64,000 bases of DNA, from the IMG/VR virus record IMGVR_UViG_3300021387_000106, positions 32,001 through 96,000 of that record, one strand, 5' to 3'. The position numbers and the translations under genes are program-made. The notes below the pieces were generated by a model. It had not been told where the DNA came from and made no database searches. It saw nothing but the letters and a program-made list of their open reading frames with translations. Shown here piece after piece: positions 9,120 through 18,411 of this stretch (positions are counted from its first letter, which is position 1; every line of letters starts with the position of its first letter). Source of the stretch: a virus (Duplodnaviria > Caudoviricetes).

Positions 9120-9289
9120 ATTATGCTCAAAGATTCTGAAAGCAGTAAGCGAAGGAAACGAGGTTTATGCACACATATTCTTTGAACGCTATAATATTCC
9201 TATTAGTGTACTGGCTCATGCTGTGATATTACTCAGGAATAGAAAACTTATCAAATACGAACATTTCAAAATTAAAGAATATAAATGAT

Positions 9290-9814
9290 ATGAGAGAGAT
9301 TATTTTCAGAGCAAAGGTATTGCACCCTAAGACAAAGTTGGTCTTAGGCAGTAAATGTGTAGATGGAGAATGGATTGAAGGTGAACTGCACGTCAAGACA
9401 CCAATTCCTCATATTCATATTGACATCAGCCATAAAGAACCAATAGACATCAATACTATTGGCGAATTCACTGGATGCGTAGATAAGAATGGTAAGCGTA
9501 TCTTTGAAGGTGATGTCGTTAATTTCTACAAACTAACAAGCAGTCATTCAGACCCTTACGAAGAACCTGAATCATACATAGAAGAATGTGTAGATGTCGT
9601 AGTTTATGTAGGTGGTGGATTCTGTTTGAAAGAAGAAAATGAATATAATGTTAAGTGGCTGACCGATGATTACAGAGTTGTAAACCCCGACCCTAAATAC
9701 TTCGATTATACTACAAACCTCGACGATTTTCCATTCATCAAGAACGAAAACGATTTATGGTATGGAGAGGTAATAGGTAACATCTATGACAATCAAAAAC
9801 TAATTGACGAATAG
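9290..9814 (+). CDS. YopX family protein
   Basis: MREIIFRAK...TIGEFTG..DKNGKRIFEGDVV...EVIGNIYDN. Confidence 0.9.
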   Translation: MREIIFRAKVLHPKTKLVLGSKCVDGEWIEGELHVKTPIPHIHIDISHKEPIDINTIGEFTGCVDKNGKRIFEGDVVNFYKLTSSHSDPYEEPESYIEECVDVVVYVGGGFCLKEENEYNVKWLTDDYRVVNPDPKYFDYTTNLDDFPFIKNENDLWYGEVIGNIYDNQKLIDE

Positions 9815-9861
9815 AGATTATATAAAGCTAATAGGAAAATTAAACAAGATGAAGTAGCAAT

Positions 9862-10200
9862 ATGAAAAAGATTTGGCAAAAGATTAAAAGACTGCCTTTT
9901 ATCGTACCTTTCTTTCGTGCAAGGCATCCGATAAATAGCACTTGCGGCATTTGTGGGCTACCATGGCCGAGTTGTAAGCCATCCCATACAATTGAAATGG
10001 TAGAGTGTAACGATGAACATAGTGGTAGTGGTTTCTTTCCTGTTTGCGAATATTGTTGGCAACACGCAGAACTTGGCGAAATACTTATTGCTGTGCGTAG
10101 GCTTCATAATGAGTGGCTTCAACAAGATTGTGAGCCATATAAGATTGAAGATATGATAGACAAAACGATCCATGACTATAAAAAAAGAGAAAACGTATGA
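9862..10200 (+). CDS. Zn-binding hypothetical protein
   Basis: CGIC...CEYC. Confidence 0.65.
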   Translation: MKKIWQKIKRLPFIVPFFRARHPINSTCGICGLPWPSCKPSHTIEMVECNDEHSGSGFFPVCEYCWQHAELGEILIAVRRLHNEWLQQDCEPYKIEDMIDKTIHDYKKRENV

Positions 10201-10895
10201 TAGAGCAGATTAAAACAAAAATACAAGAGATTATTGAAAATCATCGTAACCTCCAAAAGAATGTCAAATCATTCAATCATGATTTGGCTATGGTATTGCA
10301 GGCATTGATAGACGAAGATATGGAAATTCTCTCTATCATTGAATCCTTGCAAAAGGTACAGACAAGCAGATTGTGGCATGATTCTAATAAAGAACAACCA
10401 AAGCAAGGTTCTGATGTTGTAATTGTTAATGGTCGAACTGGAATTATTTTGTCTAATATTGTCAAAGTAAGTCCTAATCGAATTTGGGCGTACCTTGATG
10501 ATTTACTTAAATTAGAGGAAATTTCCCCAAAACTTCCCCTAATTTCCCCAAAAGAAGAACTTAAACAGAAACCTTTTAAGGTGAAAAAAGGGGAGTGGTA
10601 TGTGTGCATCAAAGACTACCACGATAAGAACTGTACATTTACAAAAGGCAAGAATTATAAAAGTGACAAAGACGGCTTTATTATTGACGATGAAAATAAA
10701 AATACTTTTGAGCGTAAAATATGGGAAGAAGATGCTTGTGAGTATTTTCGTCCTATAAAATGTATGTACGCCAAAGCCCACTACACTGACGAGGACAGAA
10801 GAGTCCTTTGTGATGGTTGCGATGAAGATTGCGAATTTAGCCAAAAGGAAAAGCCAGTAAGTAATGTACTGGATGAAGAACTTGGTAAAACTTAA
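10197..10895 (+). CDS. Hypothetical mosaic phage protein
   Basis: 232 aa; ATGA overlap. Confidence 0.7.
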   Translation: MIEQIKTKIQEIIENHRNLQKNVKSFNHDLAMVLQALIDEDMEILSIIESLQKVQTSRLWHDSNKEQPKQGSDVVIVNGRTGIILSNIVKVSPNRIWAYLDDLLKLEEISPKLPLISPKEELKQKPFKVKKGEWYVCIKDYHDKNCTFTKGKNYKSDKDGFIIDDENKNTFERKIWEEDACEYFRPIKCMYAKAHYTDEDRRVLCDGCDEDCEFSQKEKPVSNVLDEELGKT

Positions 10896-11377
10896 ACGGA
10901 TATTCAACAAATGAAGATAGAGCGTATATGTAAGAATTGTGAGAACTATGGCGGTGAAGGATTTTGCCTGCTTCATAGATATAATTTGGCGAAATGCGGT
11001 GAAAGGAAAGATGATTTCTTTCCAAGCCGTGAAGTATTGGAAAGAACTGGAAAGATAGTATGAGTACACAAATTGGTAGAAAATGCAAGACTTGTTCCTA
11101 TTTCAAAGGTAACTGGTGCTATTGGTTAGGCAGAAGTCGAAAGCCAGACCAATATGAATGTGAAGATGGATGGAATGACCCGAATCAAATAGAGAAATAG
11201 AATTATGAGACCTCATGTTAAATTCATGAATGATAGTCCTTACGGAGATTATCAAGAAGGAGATACTGGAATTGTTGATGGCTATGTAAGTGGCGGTGAT
11301 GGAGTTCCATGTGCAGTAGTTATAAAAGATAAATTTGATACATTTGTGTTAGCACCATTAAGTTCAATAAAACTAAT

Positions 11378-11884
11378 ATGAAAAAAGTATATCAAAGAAT
11401 AGTTGACCCACAAAGAGGCGATTGCTACAAATGCTGTATCGCCTCAATCCTCGGACTCGAATACGAGGACGTGCCTAACTTCATCGAGTTTGGCGAAGAT
11501 TGGCTTATAAAGGCTATTGAGTTTTTTAAGGAACACGGCTACAAATATGCAGCCGAATACCTTTACAACCCTAACGTTATATATTTGGAGAATCCAACTA
11601 TAAACGTTTATGAGGACGTTTCAGCATACAAGCCTAAGACGTTATCAGCTATCAAGCCTAATTACGGCATAGATGGCTTGTTTATGGCTTCTGTGTACTC
11701 ACCAAAGTACACTAATGCAAGTGAGCATCCTATTGAGCATTGTCATAGCGTACTTTGTGATATTAATTTTAATATCGTGTTCGATCCGAATCCTGAGTAT
11801 GAGAAAGTGATAAACTATCCATACTCTAAACTGATTGGCTATAATGGTATTCGTGGAATTGACGTAATTAAACCTCTCAAATAA
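11378..11884 (+). CDS. Hypothetical protein, possible papain-like (C39-like) fold
   Basis: Q...GDCYKCCIASIL, a later H and then FDP, in Cys-His-Asp order. Confidence 0.55.
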   Translation: MKKVYQRIVDPQRGDCYKCCIASILGLEYEDVPNFIEFGEDWLIKAIEFFKEHGYKYAAEYLYNPNVIYLENPTINVYEDVSAYKPKTLSAIKPNYGIDGLFMASVYSPKYTNASEHPIEHCHSVLCDINFNIVFDPNPEYEKVINYPYSKLIGYNGIRGIDVIKPLK

Positions 11885-11886
11885 TT

Positions 11887-12114
11887 ATGGAAAAGATTAA
11901 GATTGTACGAAGAGAGTTTTTTCAAAACGGCTGTTACTATACGTCTTATGACACATATCACGGATTTACTGGTATTCCGTCAACATGGCCGTTTATGACT
12001 AAGTGGATTCCTGATAAAGTAGGGATGACTGAGAATGAAATGCTACACTACATGAAGTCTTATCTGACTGTGGTTGGCAAGATTAAAGTAATCGTTAAAG
12101 GTGTAAGACAATGA
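11887..12114 (+). CDS. Hypothetical protein
   Basis: Packed in the operon. Confidence 0.6.
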   Translation: MEKIKIVRREFFQNGCYYTSYDTYHGFTGIPSTWPFMTKWIPDKVGMTENEMLHYMKSYLTVVGKIKVIVKGVRQ

Positions 12115-12443
12115 CTGATGCAGATTTAAAGAGCGAACTCGACAAATTGGAAAAAGCGTACAATTTCGAGTCTCAACAACTCAGAGAGAAGTTCAGAAAA
12201 CAGCAACAAGCCCTTCGTGATAAATGGGCGAAAGAAAACGCTCGTTTCAAGATTGGTGACATAATCAAAGCCGATGATATAATCATTGAGGTGGAAAGAA
12301 TACGAGGCTGTTTTGAATCGTTCTATAAGAATCCTTACGTTATGTATTTTGGCAAAATTCTTACCAAGGCATTAAAGCCAAGAAAGGATGAAAGCCGTAC
12401 CTCGACCTATGATGATGGCAGAAAAATAATCAAACTCAAATAA
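12111..12443 (+). CDS. Hypothetical protein
   Basis: Coiled-coil N-terminus and FKIGDII. Confidence 0.7.
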   Translation: MTDADLKSELDKLEKAYNFESQQLREKFRKQQQALRDKWAKENARFKIGDIIKADDIIIEVERIRGCFESFYKNPYVMYFGKILTKALKPRKDESRTSTYDDGRKIIKLK

Positions 12444-12455
12444 ATATAATAAGGT

Positions 12456-13058
12456 ATGTATATAAGCAATAAAGACGTTATTAACGCAGTGGCAGGAGTT
12501 ATCTATGCCATGCACCCCTACCACAATCCTGAGAATATCAATGATATTATTGAGGCGATTGAAAAAGCATGGAAAGAACGTGTTCCTGAGAAAGAAAAGA
12601 AGCATACGTTCAAGTTGATTAATTTCGAGGAATGGGTAGAACTGAAAGCATTTCTCCATGAAATCCTTTGGAACGTAGAAGCGTTTAAGCAACTGAACAT
12701 TTCTCGTAAGCTCAAAGACCTTGGAGTGAAAGATGCTGATGACGAACGTAACCAAGGAATCAGATTTACGGATAGACATTCGGTAGATACTGAGGATGGT
12801 CGATACACAGACTTTATAGACCTCGACGCTTGCTTGCAGAATGTCATTCGCCAAATAAGCGTACAGAAAGAAGCCGATGAAGATTGTTTCCTCTGTAAGT
12901 ATGCTGAAAGCTATGGCAGTATGAAACCCGGTGATGAACGTTGCGCTAACTGCCTCTGCAATCCTCAAATTAAATTCCTCAGAGAGCCGCATCCGATGTC
13001 ACTTAAACCTCGGAAAGACTGGACTCAGGAAGAGATAGAGAAATACGAATTACATTAA
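12456..13058 (+). CDS. Hypothetical protein with a C-terminal Cys cluster
   Basis: CFLC...CANC. Confidence 0.7.
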   Translation: MYISNKDVINAVAGVIYAMHPYHNPENINDIIEAIEKAWKERVPEKEKKHTFKLINFEEWVELKAFLHEILWNVEAFKQLNISRKLKDLGVKDADDERNQGIRFTDRHSVDTEDGRYTDFIDLDACLQNVIRQISVQKEADEDCFLCKYAESYGSMKPGDERCANCLCNPQIKFLREPHPMSLKPRKDWTQEEIEKYELH

Positions 13059-13061
13059 GAT

Positions 13062-13658
13062 ATGGATACAACACTGACAATTGAGCAAATCGAGCAAACC
13101 ATTTGCGGGCACCCGGATTCTCCTTATTACATAAGGCAGAATATCGTTGTTCCAAATGTTGATTGGGGATTCCTGAACCATGAGGCTGATTTGCTCATTG
13201 TCAATAAAACGAAGCGACTGATAGAAATAGAAATCAAACGTTCGTGGGCTGACTTCATGGCAGACTTCAAAAAGAAGCATACCCACTACGACCCAAAGTT
13301 AAGCTACTTCTATTATGCGGTCCCATATTCCATCAGTGAGCGTGTCTTTAACTGGCTTTACAAAGGAGAATATAAATGTACCAAATACGGATTCTCTTAT
13401 AACAAGTCCGTTGTTACTGATTATACAGAACATAACCCTCATAAATGCGGTTTGATTATCTATGGCAGTGAAAGCGAGACTGGCAACTGGAGATATGCCA
13501 CTTGTTGCTTGAATGTTGGCGCAAAGCGCATGAATGACTACCAAATATCCATTGAAGAGGAATTGAAACTATATCGGTTACTCAGTATGCGTATTTGGAA
13601 TCTAAAGAAAAAATTAGTAGAATACCAAGCAGAACCATCACTTTTCAAACTCAAATAA
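13062..13658 (+). CDS. PD-(D/E)XK nuclease-like protein (MmcB-like)
   Basis: EADLL...EIEIKRSWADFMADFKK and FYYAVP. Confidence 0.75.
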   Translation: MDTTLTIEQIEQTICGHPDSPYYIRQNIVVPNVDWGFLNHEADLLIVNKTKRLIEIEIKRSWADFMADFKKKHTHYDPKLSYFYYAVPYSISERVFNWLYKGEYKCTKYGFSYNKSVVTDYTEHNPHKCGLIIYGSESETGNWRYATCCLNVGAKRMNDYQISIEEELKLYRLLSMRIWNLKKKLVEYQAEPSLFKLK

Positions 13659-13660
13659 CA

Positions 13661-13909
13661 ATGATTCTATACATCTACTTTTTCGGTGTACTTTTAGCCT
13701 ATGCGACATTAATGTATGCAATTCGTAGGCATGGAAATAATACTTTGTTCCTTTTCATACCAAAAGAGCGAGTGCAGTTTCTATCACTATTTTCGTGGAT
13801 TGTAGTTTGTGGCTTTGTTGCTGCATGGCTCTACGATATGATTACATTCATTTATGTTTTTCTTCTATTCAAATATTTGCTATGGAAACAAAAAAAGAGA
13901 TCACAATGA
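13661..13909 (+). CDS. Small membrane protein
   Basis: MILYIYFFGVLLAYATLM..., with 2-3 hydrophobic segments. Confidence 0.5.
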   Translation: MILYIYFFGVLLAYATLMYAIRRHGNNTLFLFIPKERVQFLSLFSWIVVCGFVAAWLYDMITFIYVFLLFKYLLWKQKKRSQ

Positions 13910-14060
13910 TACGAAACTACCCAAGTGAAGTTGGAAATGGGGAGTTTAAGAAAAAGGTAAATGAGTTCCTTAAAGCAGCCAACTTCAACGTAAAGTTTAA
14001 TGGTGACGATGTTATTGTATTCGCACAAAACCAAAAAATCGACAAGAGGTTCATTAAATA

Positions 14061-14102
14061 AAAAAGCGGTTGTCCTCACGGATGACCGCCTCCCTTTTTT
14101 TT
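14061..14102. terminator. Bidirectional terminator between convergent gene blocks
   Basis: AAAAA-GCGGTTGTCC-TCAC-GGATGACCGC followed by a T run. Confidence 0.7.
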
Positions 14103-14126
14103 ACTAACTAATTTTAAACGTATGAA

Positions 14127-14678
14127 TCAGAAATTATATCCTGCACCAAAACCGATACCAGGTTGAACACCTTTAGGAGTCAGATATAAGCCTCCCTGCA
14201 AGCCAAAAGTCCATTTCTTTTTCCTCGTTATCGTTGTGGTTATATTATTGGTGATAATCTTACTTCTTACAAAAATACTATCCAATGAGGCATGATAACC
14301 ACTCACATAAGCGGTATAGCAACTATCCTCATAAATCTTCTGAGTAATAGGTATCTCGTAGGTTGAATCCGTCTCGGTAATATCCCCATCGGAAATAGTC
14401 TCAGGAATAGAGTCGGAACTAACCCCATTCTCAGAGATTAATTCCAACTTAGGTTTCTTAATCGGCTTCTTAACGCTGATTGTATTCACTTCTTTCTCAC
14501 TCACTGGCTTTGGATCAATAAAAGAGTCAGTCTTGATTTCCTCTTTCGTTTCCTTAACCACCTCTACCTTCTCAACTGGCTTAGCCTTGGCATCCCTATA
14601 CTGCTTGTAATTGAAGAATAGAGAAATGCCAAGACCAACCACCAAAAAGAGTATTACATAAAATACAGATTTCTTCAT
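14127..14678 (-). CDS. Putative spanin-like lysis protein (start moved to ATG 14678)
   Basis: N-terminal TM; C-terminal amphipathic beta strands ending in GYNF; overlaps the endolysin gene. Confidence 0.55.
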   Translation of the reverse strand: MKKSVFYVILFLVVGLGISLFFNYKQYRDAKAKPVEKVEVVKETKEEIKTDSFIDPKPVSEKEVNTISVKKPIKKPKLELISENGVSSDSIPETISDGDITETDSTYEIPITQKIYEDSCYTAYVSGYHASLDSIFVRSKIITNNITTTITRKKKWTFGLQGGLYLTPKGVQPGIGFGAGYNF

Positions 14679-15136
14679 ACCTTCATTTCTTGAATGTCTT
14701 TGTACTCCTCCATTGCTGAAAAACAAGGGCATAGTTTTATAAATTCTGATGGATCAATCTTTCCGTTATGGTTCTTATCGGGAGAAATATCCCTATGACC
14801 CATAATCTTTGCGTTGGGGTACTTCTTATGCAGCTCAGTAAGAACACGACGCAATTCTGCCTTTTGTGCATCAGTGCGGTTGTCAATACCATTTGGATGC
14901 TGCTTGTCAATACCACCAATCCATGCAATGTTTATCGACGTTGAGTTGTAACCCTTCACACCATTACTAACGTAATCCTCATGGAGAATCTGAGTAGTCT
15001 TACCTTCCTTGTCTATCAGATAGTGATAGCCTGGATAACGCCAACCCTTGCGCCTGAACTCTGCCAAAATGGATTGAACAGAAGCGTTTAAGGAACTGGC
15101 TGTGCAATGTACGAAAATCCTATTAATCGTTCTCAT
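14675..15136 (-). CDS. Endolysin, N-acetylmuramoyl-L-alanine amidase (Amidase_2)
   Basis: IFVHCTAS, GYHYLI, GHRD and CPCF Zn-ligand motifs. Confidence 0.92.
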   Translation of the reverse strand: MRTINRIFVHCTASSLNASVQSILAEFRRKGWRYPGYHYLIDKEGKTTQILHEDYVSNGVKGYNSTSINIAWIGGIDKQHPNGIDNRTDAQKAELRRVLTELHKKYPNAKIMGHRDISPDKNHNGKIDPSEFIKLCPCFSAMEEYKDIQEMKV

Positions 15137-15188
15137 ATAGCATAATTATTTATTGGTTCTACAAAATCTTCTCCACAAAATTACCTTC

Positions 15189-15527
15189 TTAGAAATCGTC
15201 GCGGTCAAGAATAGTGCGAGACTCTTCTTTCTTGCGACCACGTTTTTTTCTCGGCGATACATCGGGCATGACTGGTTTACCATCGTTACCATACTGGCGT
15301 GTAAACTGATACCCAGCAACTAAGGCAGCACTCGCTCCTATCAGATACGGATATATCGTTATCCACCATTCGGGCATGATAGCACCCGACATCATGCAGG
15401 CTGAGTTAATACCAAGTGCAACCGTTGAGATAAAAGCACAGACCCATTGGACTCTCCTGAATACCTTTGGAGTCCGTGCTTTCCATCTGGATTTGGCTTC
15501 CTGCCACCACATCTTAATCTTCTTCAT
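15189..15527 (-). CDS. Putative holin (start moved to ATG 15527)
   Basis: Two TMs, basic N- and C-termini, directly upstream of the endolysin. Confidence 0.65.
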   Translation of the reverse strand: MKKIKMWWQEAKSRWKARTPKVFRRVQWVCAFISTVALGINSACMMSGAIMPEWWITIYPYLIGASAALVAGYQFTRQYGNDGKPVMPDVSPRKKRGRKKEESRTILDRDDF

Positions 15528-15531
15528 AAGT

Positions 15532-15801
15532 TTAACCTTTGTCGATGATACATAATGTTGTGTTAATCTTAGCAACATTGACTTTAATCTCGTTGATACC
15601 TTCAAGAATCTCGTCAATCTTGCCAGAGTGGGAATCCACGCGGTTTTTCAAACTTTCCGCCAGCACCTCCAACACGGCAATACGCTTCTCCGCATTAAAA
15701 ACTTCGTCCTTTAATTTGTGAATCAGCGTAAAGTACGTGCCGAACACCGAAATCAGCACCGTAATGATGTACGGCCACAACTCATTAGCAACTGCTGACA
15801 T
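15532..15801 (-). CDS. Membrane-anchored coiled-coil protein (holin or antiholin-like)
   Basis: N-terminal TM followed by a coiled coil; inside the lysis block. Confidence 0.6.
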   Translation of the reverse strand: MSAVANELWPYIITVLISVFGTYFTLIHKLKDEVFNAEKRIAVLEVLAESLKNRVDSHSGKIDEILEGINEIKVNVAKINTTLCIIDKG

Positions 15802-15813
15802 GATAGCAAATAA

Positions 15814-16287
15814 TTAATGAATGAAACAATAAGCAAAGATGGTAAGCATACAAGCAACCTCAACCCAGAAAAGGTTCTTGCTTCCATCCTTTGCAGCGAG
15901 AGTGTAACCAACGTATAAGAACCAAAGCAACAGCAAATGAGGGTGGTTGAAATATACCAACATCTGCGAAGCGAGTCCTGCAACGATGGCGGCGACGTTG
16001 TGCATGGTGTTCTTTTCATTGGCAAGCAACGGAGTAGCACCAACAGCACCAATTCCTACTATTGTAAGGAAAGCGAGAAATTCAGTCATTGGAGTAGCCA
16101 AATCTAAAAGCACGGGAGCCAAAAGAGCTGCAACGGCAAACATGACAGCACTGAATATCCACTTACCAGTAGTAGGTAGAGTGAATACCGTAGAGGAAAT
16201 ACTATTAGGTATCTCCTTGGTATGGTATATCATTGCCCCCACGTAGAGAGCAATGATAACCAATGCGATTACAACTAACAGAGTCAT
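15814..16287 (-). CDS. Multi-pass membrane protein
   Basis: About 5-6 hydrophobic segments in 157 aa. Confidence 0.75.
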   Translation of the reverse strand: MTLLVVIALVIIALYVGAMIYHTKEIPNSISSTVFTLPTTGKWIFSAVMFAVAALLAPVLLDLATPMTEFLAFLTIVGIGAVGATPLLANEKNTMHNVAAIVAGLASQMLVYFNHPHLLLLWFLYVGYTLAAKDGSKNLFWVEVACMLTIFAYCFIH

Positions 16288-16290
16288 AGA

Positions 16291-16833
16291 TTATTCCTCC
16301 ACAGTTTCAGAGTTGTTGTAAGGGCTGAAATCGAAGTTGTCCTTGATAGTCCAACCTTCCTGATAGCAGGTCTCTATGTAAGCCAAGCCACCGAGATAGA
16401 ACTGAACCAGTTCCTCGAACGACTGGAAAATCTCGTAGAGAGCCTTTCCTTCTTCGTCCTCAGAAACTTTGTACTTCATGGGGAACGTTACGAGATTAGG
16501 ATATTCCTTGGCAGCATCGTGCTTTGCCTTGAAGTTTTCCTGATTCTCATTAGAGAGCCAAACCTTAACAGTCTTACCCTCGTCGTCACCATGAAGGATA
16601 GTCCACTCATAGCCATTGAGAATCTTTTCATCAGTCGTAGCGTTGATGTCGTCGATGATGGCTTTCTTGATTTCAGCAAAGTCAAGATGTGAACGCTGCT
16701 TTTTGTAAACATACACCTCAACCCACTCTGCATGAGTGTCATCAACCTCTGTAAGGTTGTAACTGATAACAATGCGGCTTGCGTCCTCTTTGAGGTAAGC
16801 AAATTCCGACTTCAAACCAAAAACCTTGTTCAT
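16291..16833 (-). CDS. Putative tail-fibre assembly chaperone
   Basis: Acidic 180 aa; VWLSxENQxNF and CYQEGWxIKD motifs; coupled to the RT stop. Confidence 0.55.
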   Translation of the reverse strand: MNKVFGLKSEFAYLKEDASRIVISYNLTEVDDTHAEWVEVYVYKKQRSHLDFAEIKKAIIDDINATTDEKILNGYEWTILHGDDEGKTVKVWLSNENQENFKAKHDAAKEYPNLVTFPMKYKVSEDEEGKALYEIFQSFEELVQFYLGGLAYIETCYQEGWTIKDNFDFSPYNNSETVEE

Positions 16834-18035
16834 AATCGTTTCTTTTTAAATTGTTTATAAAAAATGAATTTATCTGTAAACTTCGTCAGATCTTGATTGA
16901 ACACTCCTATTTTCAAAATATCTTTCTTTAGGAATAGTTTCCTGCAAAGATTGTATGATTTGGTGTGTTGGAATATACCTAAATACGAATTGATGGAACG
17001 GACAATCTTCCAAGGTTTTGAGAAATCGAACTCCAAAATCTTTTTCTTCATTCTCTCCAGTGAATGATTCGATATGTATGTTCGCCAAGGCTTGATGTAC
17101 GCTCCCAAGAACTCTGTTCCGTTGTGTACCTCCGAAATCTCCAATTTTCCTCTGTGCAATTCCAATCCTAAGTTTTCTCGAAGGAAATCTATTATTTTTG
17201 GAACTAAGCTCAGAAGCCATTCTTTGTCGGAACTCACTACTGCCGCATCGTCCACATAACGACCATAATAACGGCATTTCATTTCTCGCTTCATGAACTG
17301 GTCGAAAACATTCAGGTAAACGTTCGAGAATAACTGACTTGTCAAATTGCCTATTGGTAATCCAAGACCATCTTCCAAGTGCAGCATACTCTTTGCAGGG
17401 TCTAAACCATCCCAATCGGACTTGTCGCCACAAATGACACAATTCTCCTTGGGATTCAGCATAACGATAACTTCCGTAAGCCATATTACAAAGTCCATAT
17501 CCAAAACTTCGCCCCACGTAGTATCTTCGTATTTCGATATAGCGTGAGTTTCCATTTTTCTCAAACTTCCAATAGCTATTTCCAAAAGCCGTTTCCTCAC
17601 GATGTGCATAAAGTAGCCCCTTATATCGAGGTGCATCACATAGCACTCTCTTTGCCAGTTGTGACTTTCCTTTCTGCAAAAATCCGTAATTCTCGCTATT
17701 CCATAATGAGTACCACGATTCTTGATGCAACTGTACGTGTCCTGAATAAAAGTCCTCTCGTATAGCTGATGCGTATAGTTGAAATACAAGTGGTGTACTA
17801 TTCTGTCTCTGAACATTGCAGCGAATATCTCTCGCTTTTTGGGATAATCCACAATGAAACATTTCGATGGAAGAGGTTTGTAATTCCGCGAATACAAATC
17901 CTCGCAAAGTCCTTCCATATTCCGTTTGAGATTCTTTTCCCAAGAGACTACATAACACCTCGCACTCTTGTTTATTTTCGCATCGTAGAACGCTTGATAG
18001 AGGTCGAGTAGAAGCTGTTGCTTTGTAAGTTCCAT
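16830..18035 (-). CDS. DGR reverse transcriptase
   Basis: PKKREIFAAMFRDRIVHH, SCIKNRGTH, LDIRGYF, GLPIGNLTSQLFSNVYLN, RYVDD and FLG motifs. Confidence 0.96.
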   Translation of the reverse strand: MELTKQQLLLDLYQAFYDAKINKSARCYVVSWEKNLKRNMEGLCEDLYSRNYKPLPSKCFIVDYPKKREIFAAMFRDRIVHHLYFNYTHQLYERTFIQDTYSCIKNRGTHYGIARITDFCRKESHNWQRECYVMHLDIRGYFMHIVRKRLLEIAIGSLRKMETHAISKYEDTTWGEVLDMDFVIWLTEVIVMLNPKENCVICGDKSDWDGLDPAKSMLHLEDGLGLPIGNLTSQLFSNVYLNVFDQFMKREMKCRYYGRYVDDAAVVSSDKEWLLSLVPKIIDFLRENLGLELHRGKLEISEVHNGTEFLGAYIKPWRTYISNHSLERMKKKILEFDFSKPWKIVRSINSYLGIFQHTKSYNLCRKLFLKKDILKIGVFNQDLTKFTDKFIFYKQFKKKRL

Positions 18036-18378
18036 AAAAGAAAAGTAAAAAAAGGATGATTAGTACTGTTAGCTGAACCGGGCGCACAGCAAAACCGTTG
18101 TACCGATTGTTGTTGTTCTGCGGATTGACACCACCAGAGTTGAAGTTCAAGTTGCGAGCATTGCGCGCAGAGTTGAACGAAGCAGACCAGTAGTTGCCGT
18201 TCGAACCGCGATTGTTCCAACTCGTACCATTGCCGTTGCCACTACAAGCAAAAAAGAGTTTTCGACCACAACCTTGCACGATAGCCAAAAGGGACCAAAG
18301 GAACCATTCGGCATCTTTGATTTTTCCCGACTCTAAAAGAGTAAGGACGTGTAGCCTATGTAAATCATACTGAACCAT
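16870..18378 (-). CDS. Candidate overlapping ORF (502 aa) through TR and the -1 frame of RT
   Basis: No stop over about 389 codons of overlap with RT; ATG 34 nt after the accessory gene stop. Confidence 0.45.
   Translation of the reverse strand: MVQYDLHRLHVLTLLESGKIKDAEWFLWSLLAIVQGCGRKLFFACSGNGNGTSWNNRGSNGNYWSASFNSARNARNLNFNSGGVNPQNNNNRYNGFAVRPVQLTVLIILFLLFFYGTYKATASTRPLSSVLRCENKQECEVLCSLLGKESQTEYGRTLRGFVFAELQTSSIEMFHCGLSQKARDIRCNVQRQNSTPLVFQLYASAIREDFYSGHVQLHQESWYSLWNSENYGFLQKGKSQLAKRVLCDAPRYKGLLYAHREETAFGNSYWKFEKNGNSRYIEIRRYYVGRSFGYGLCNMAYGSYRYAESQGELCHLWRQVRLGWFRPCKEYAALGRWSWITNRQFDKSVILERLPECFRPVHEARNEMPLLWSLCGRCGSSEFRQRMASELSSKNNRFPSRKLRIGIAQRKIGDFGGTQRNRVLGSVHQALANIHIESFTGENEEKDFGVRFLKTLEDCPFHQFVFRYIPTHQIIQSLQETIPKERYFENRSVQSRSDEVYR
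18073..18259 (-). repeat. DGR template repeat (TR), 187 bp
   Basis: Aligns without gaps to 19113-19299; contains 17 AAY codons; all 17 mismatches are at TR adenines. Confidence 0.96.
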
Positions 18379-18411
18379 CCTTCATTAATTACTATTTTTT
18401 CTAATAATCTG

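Noticed and set aside
18046-18053. T TTT TTA slippery heptamer as a route fusing the TR-ORF to RT
   Set aside because: A -1 shift from the TR-ORF frame enters the third frame, which stops at 17972; reaching RT would need +1
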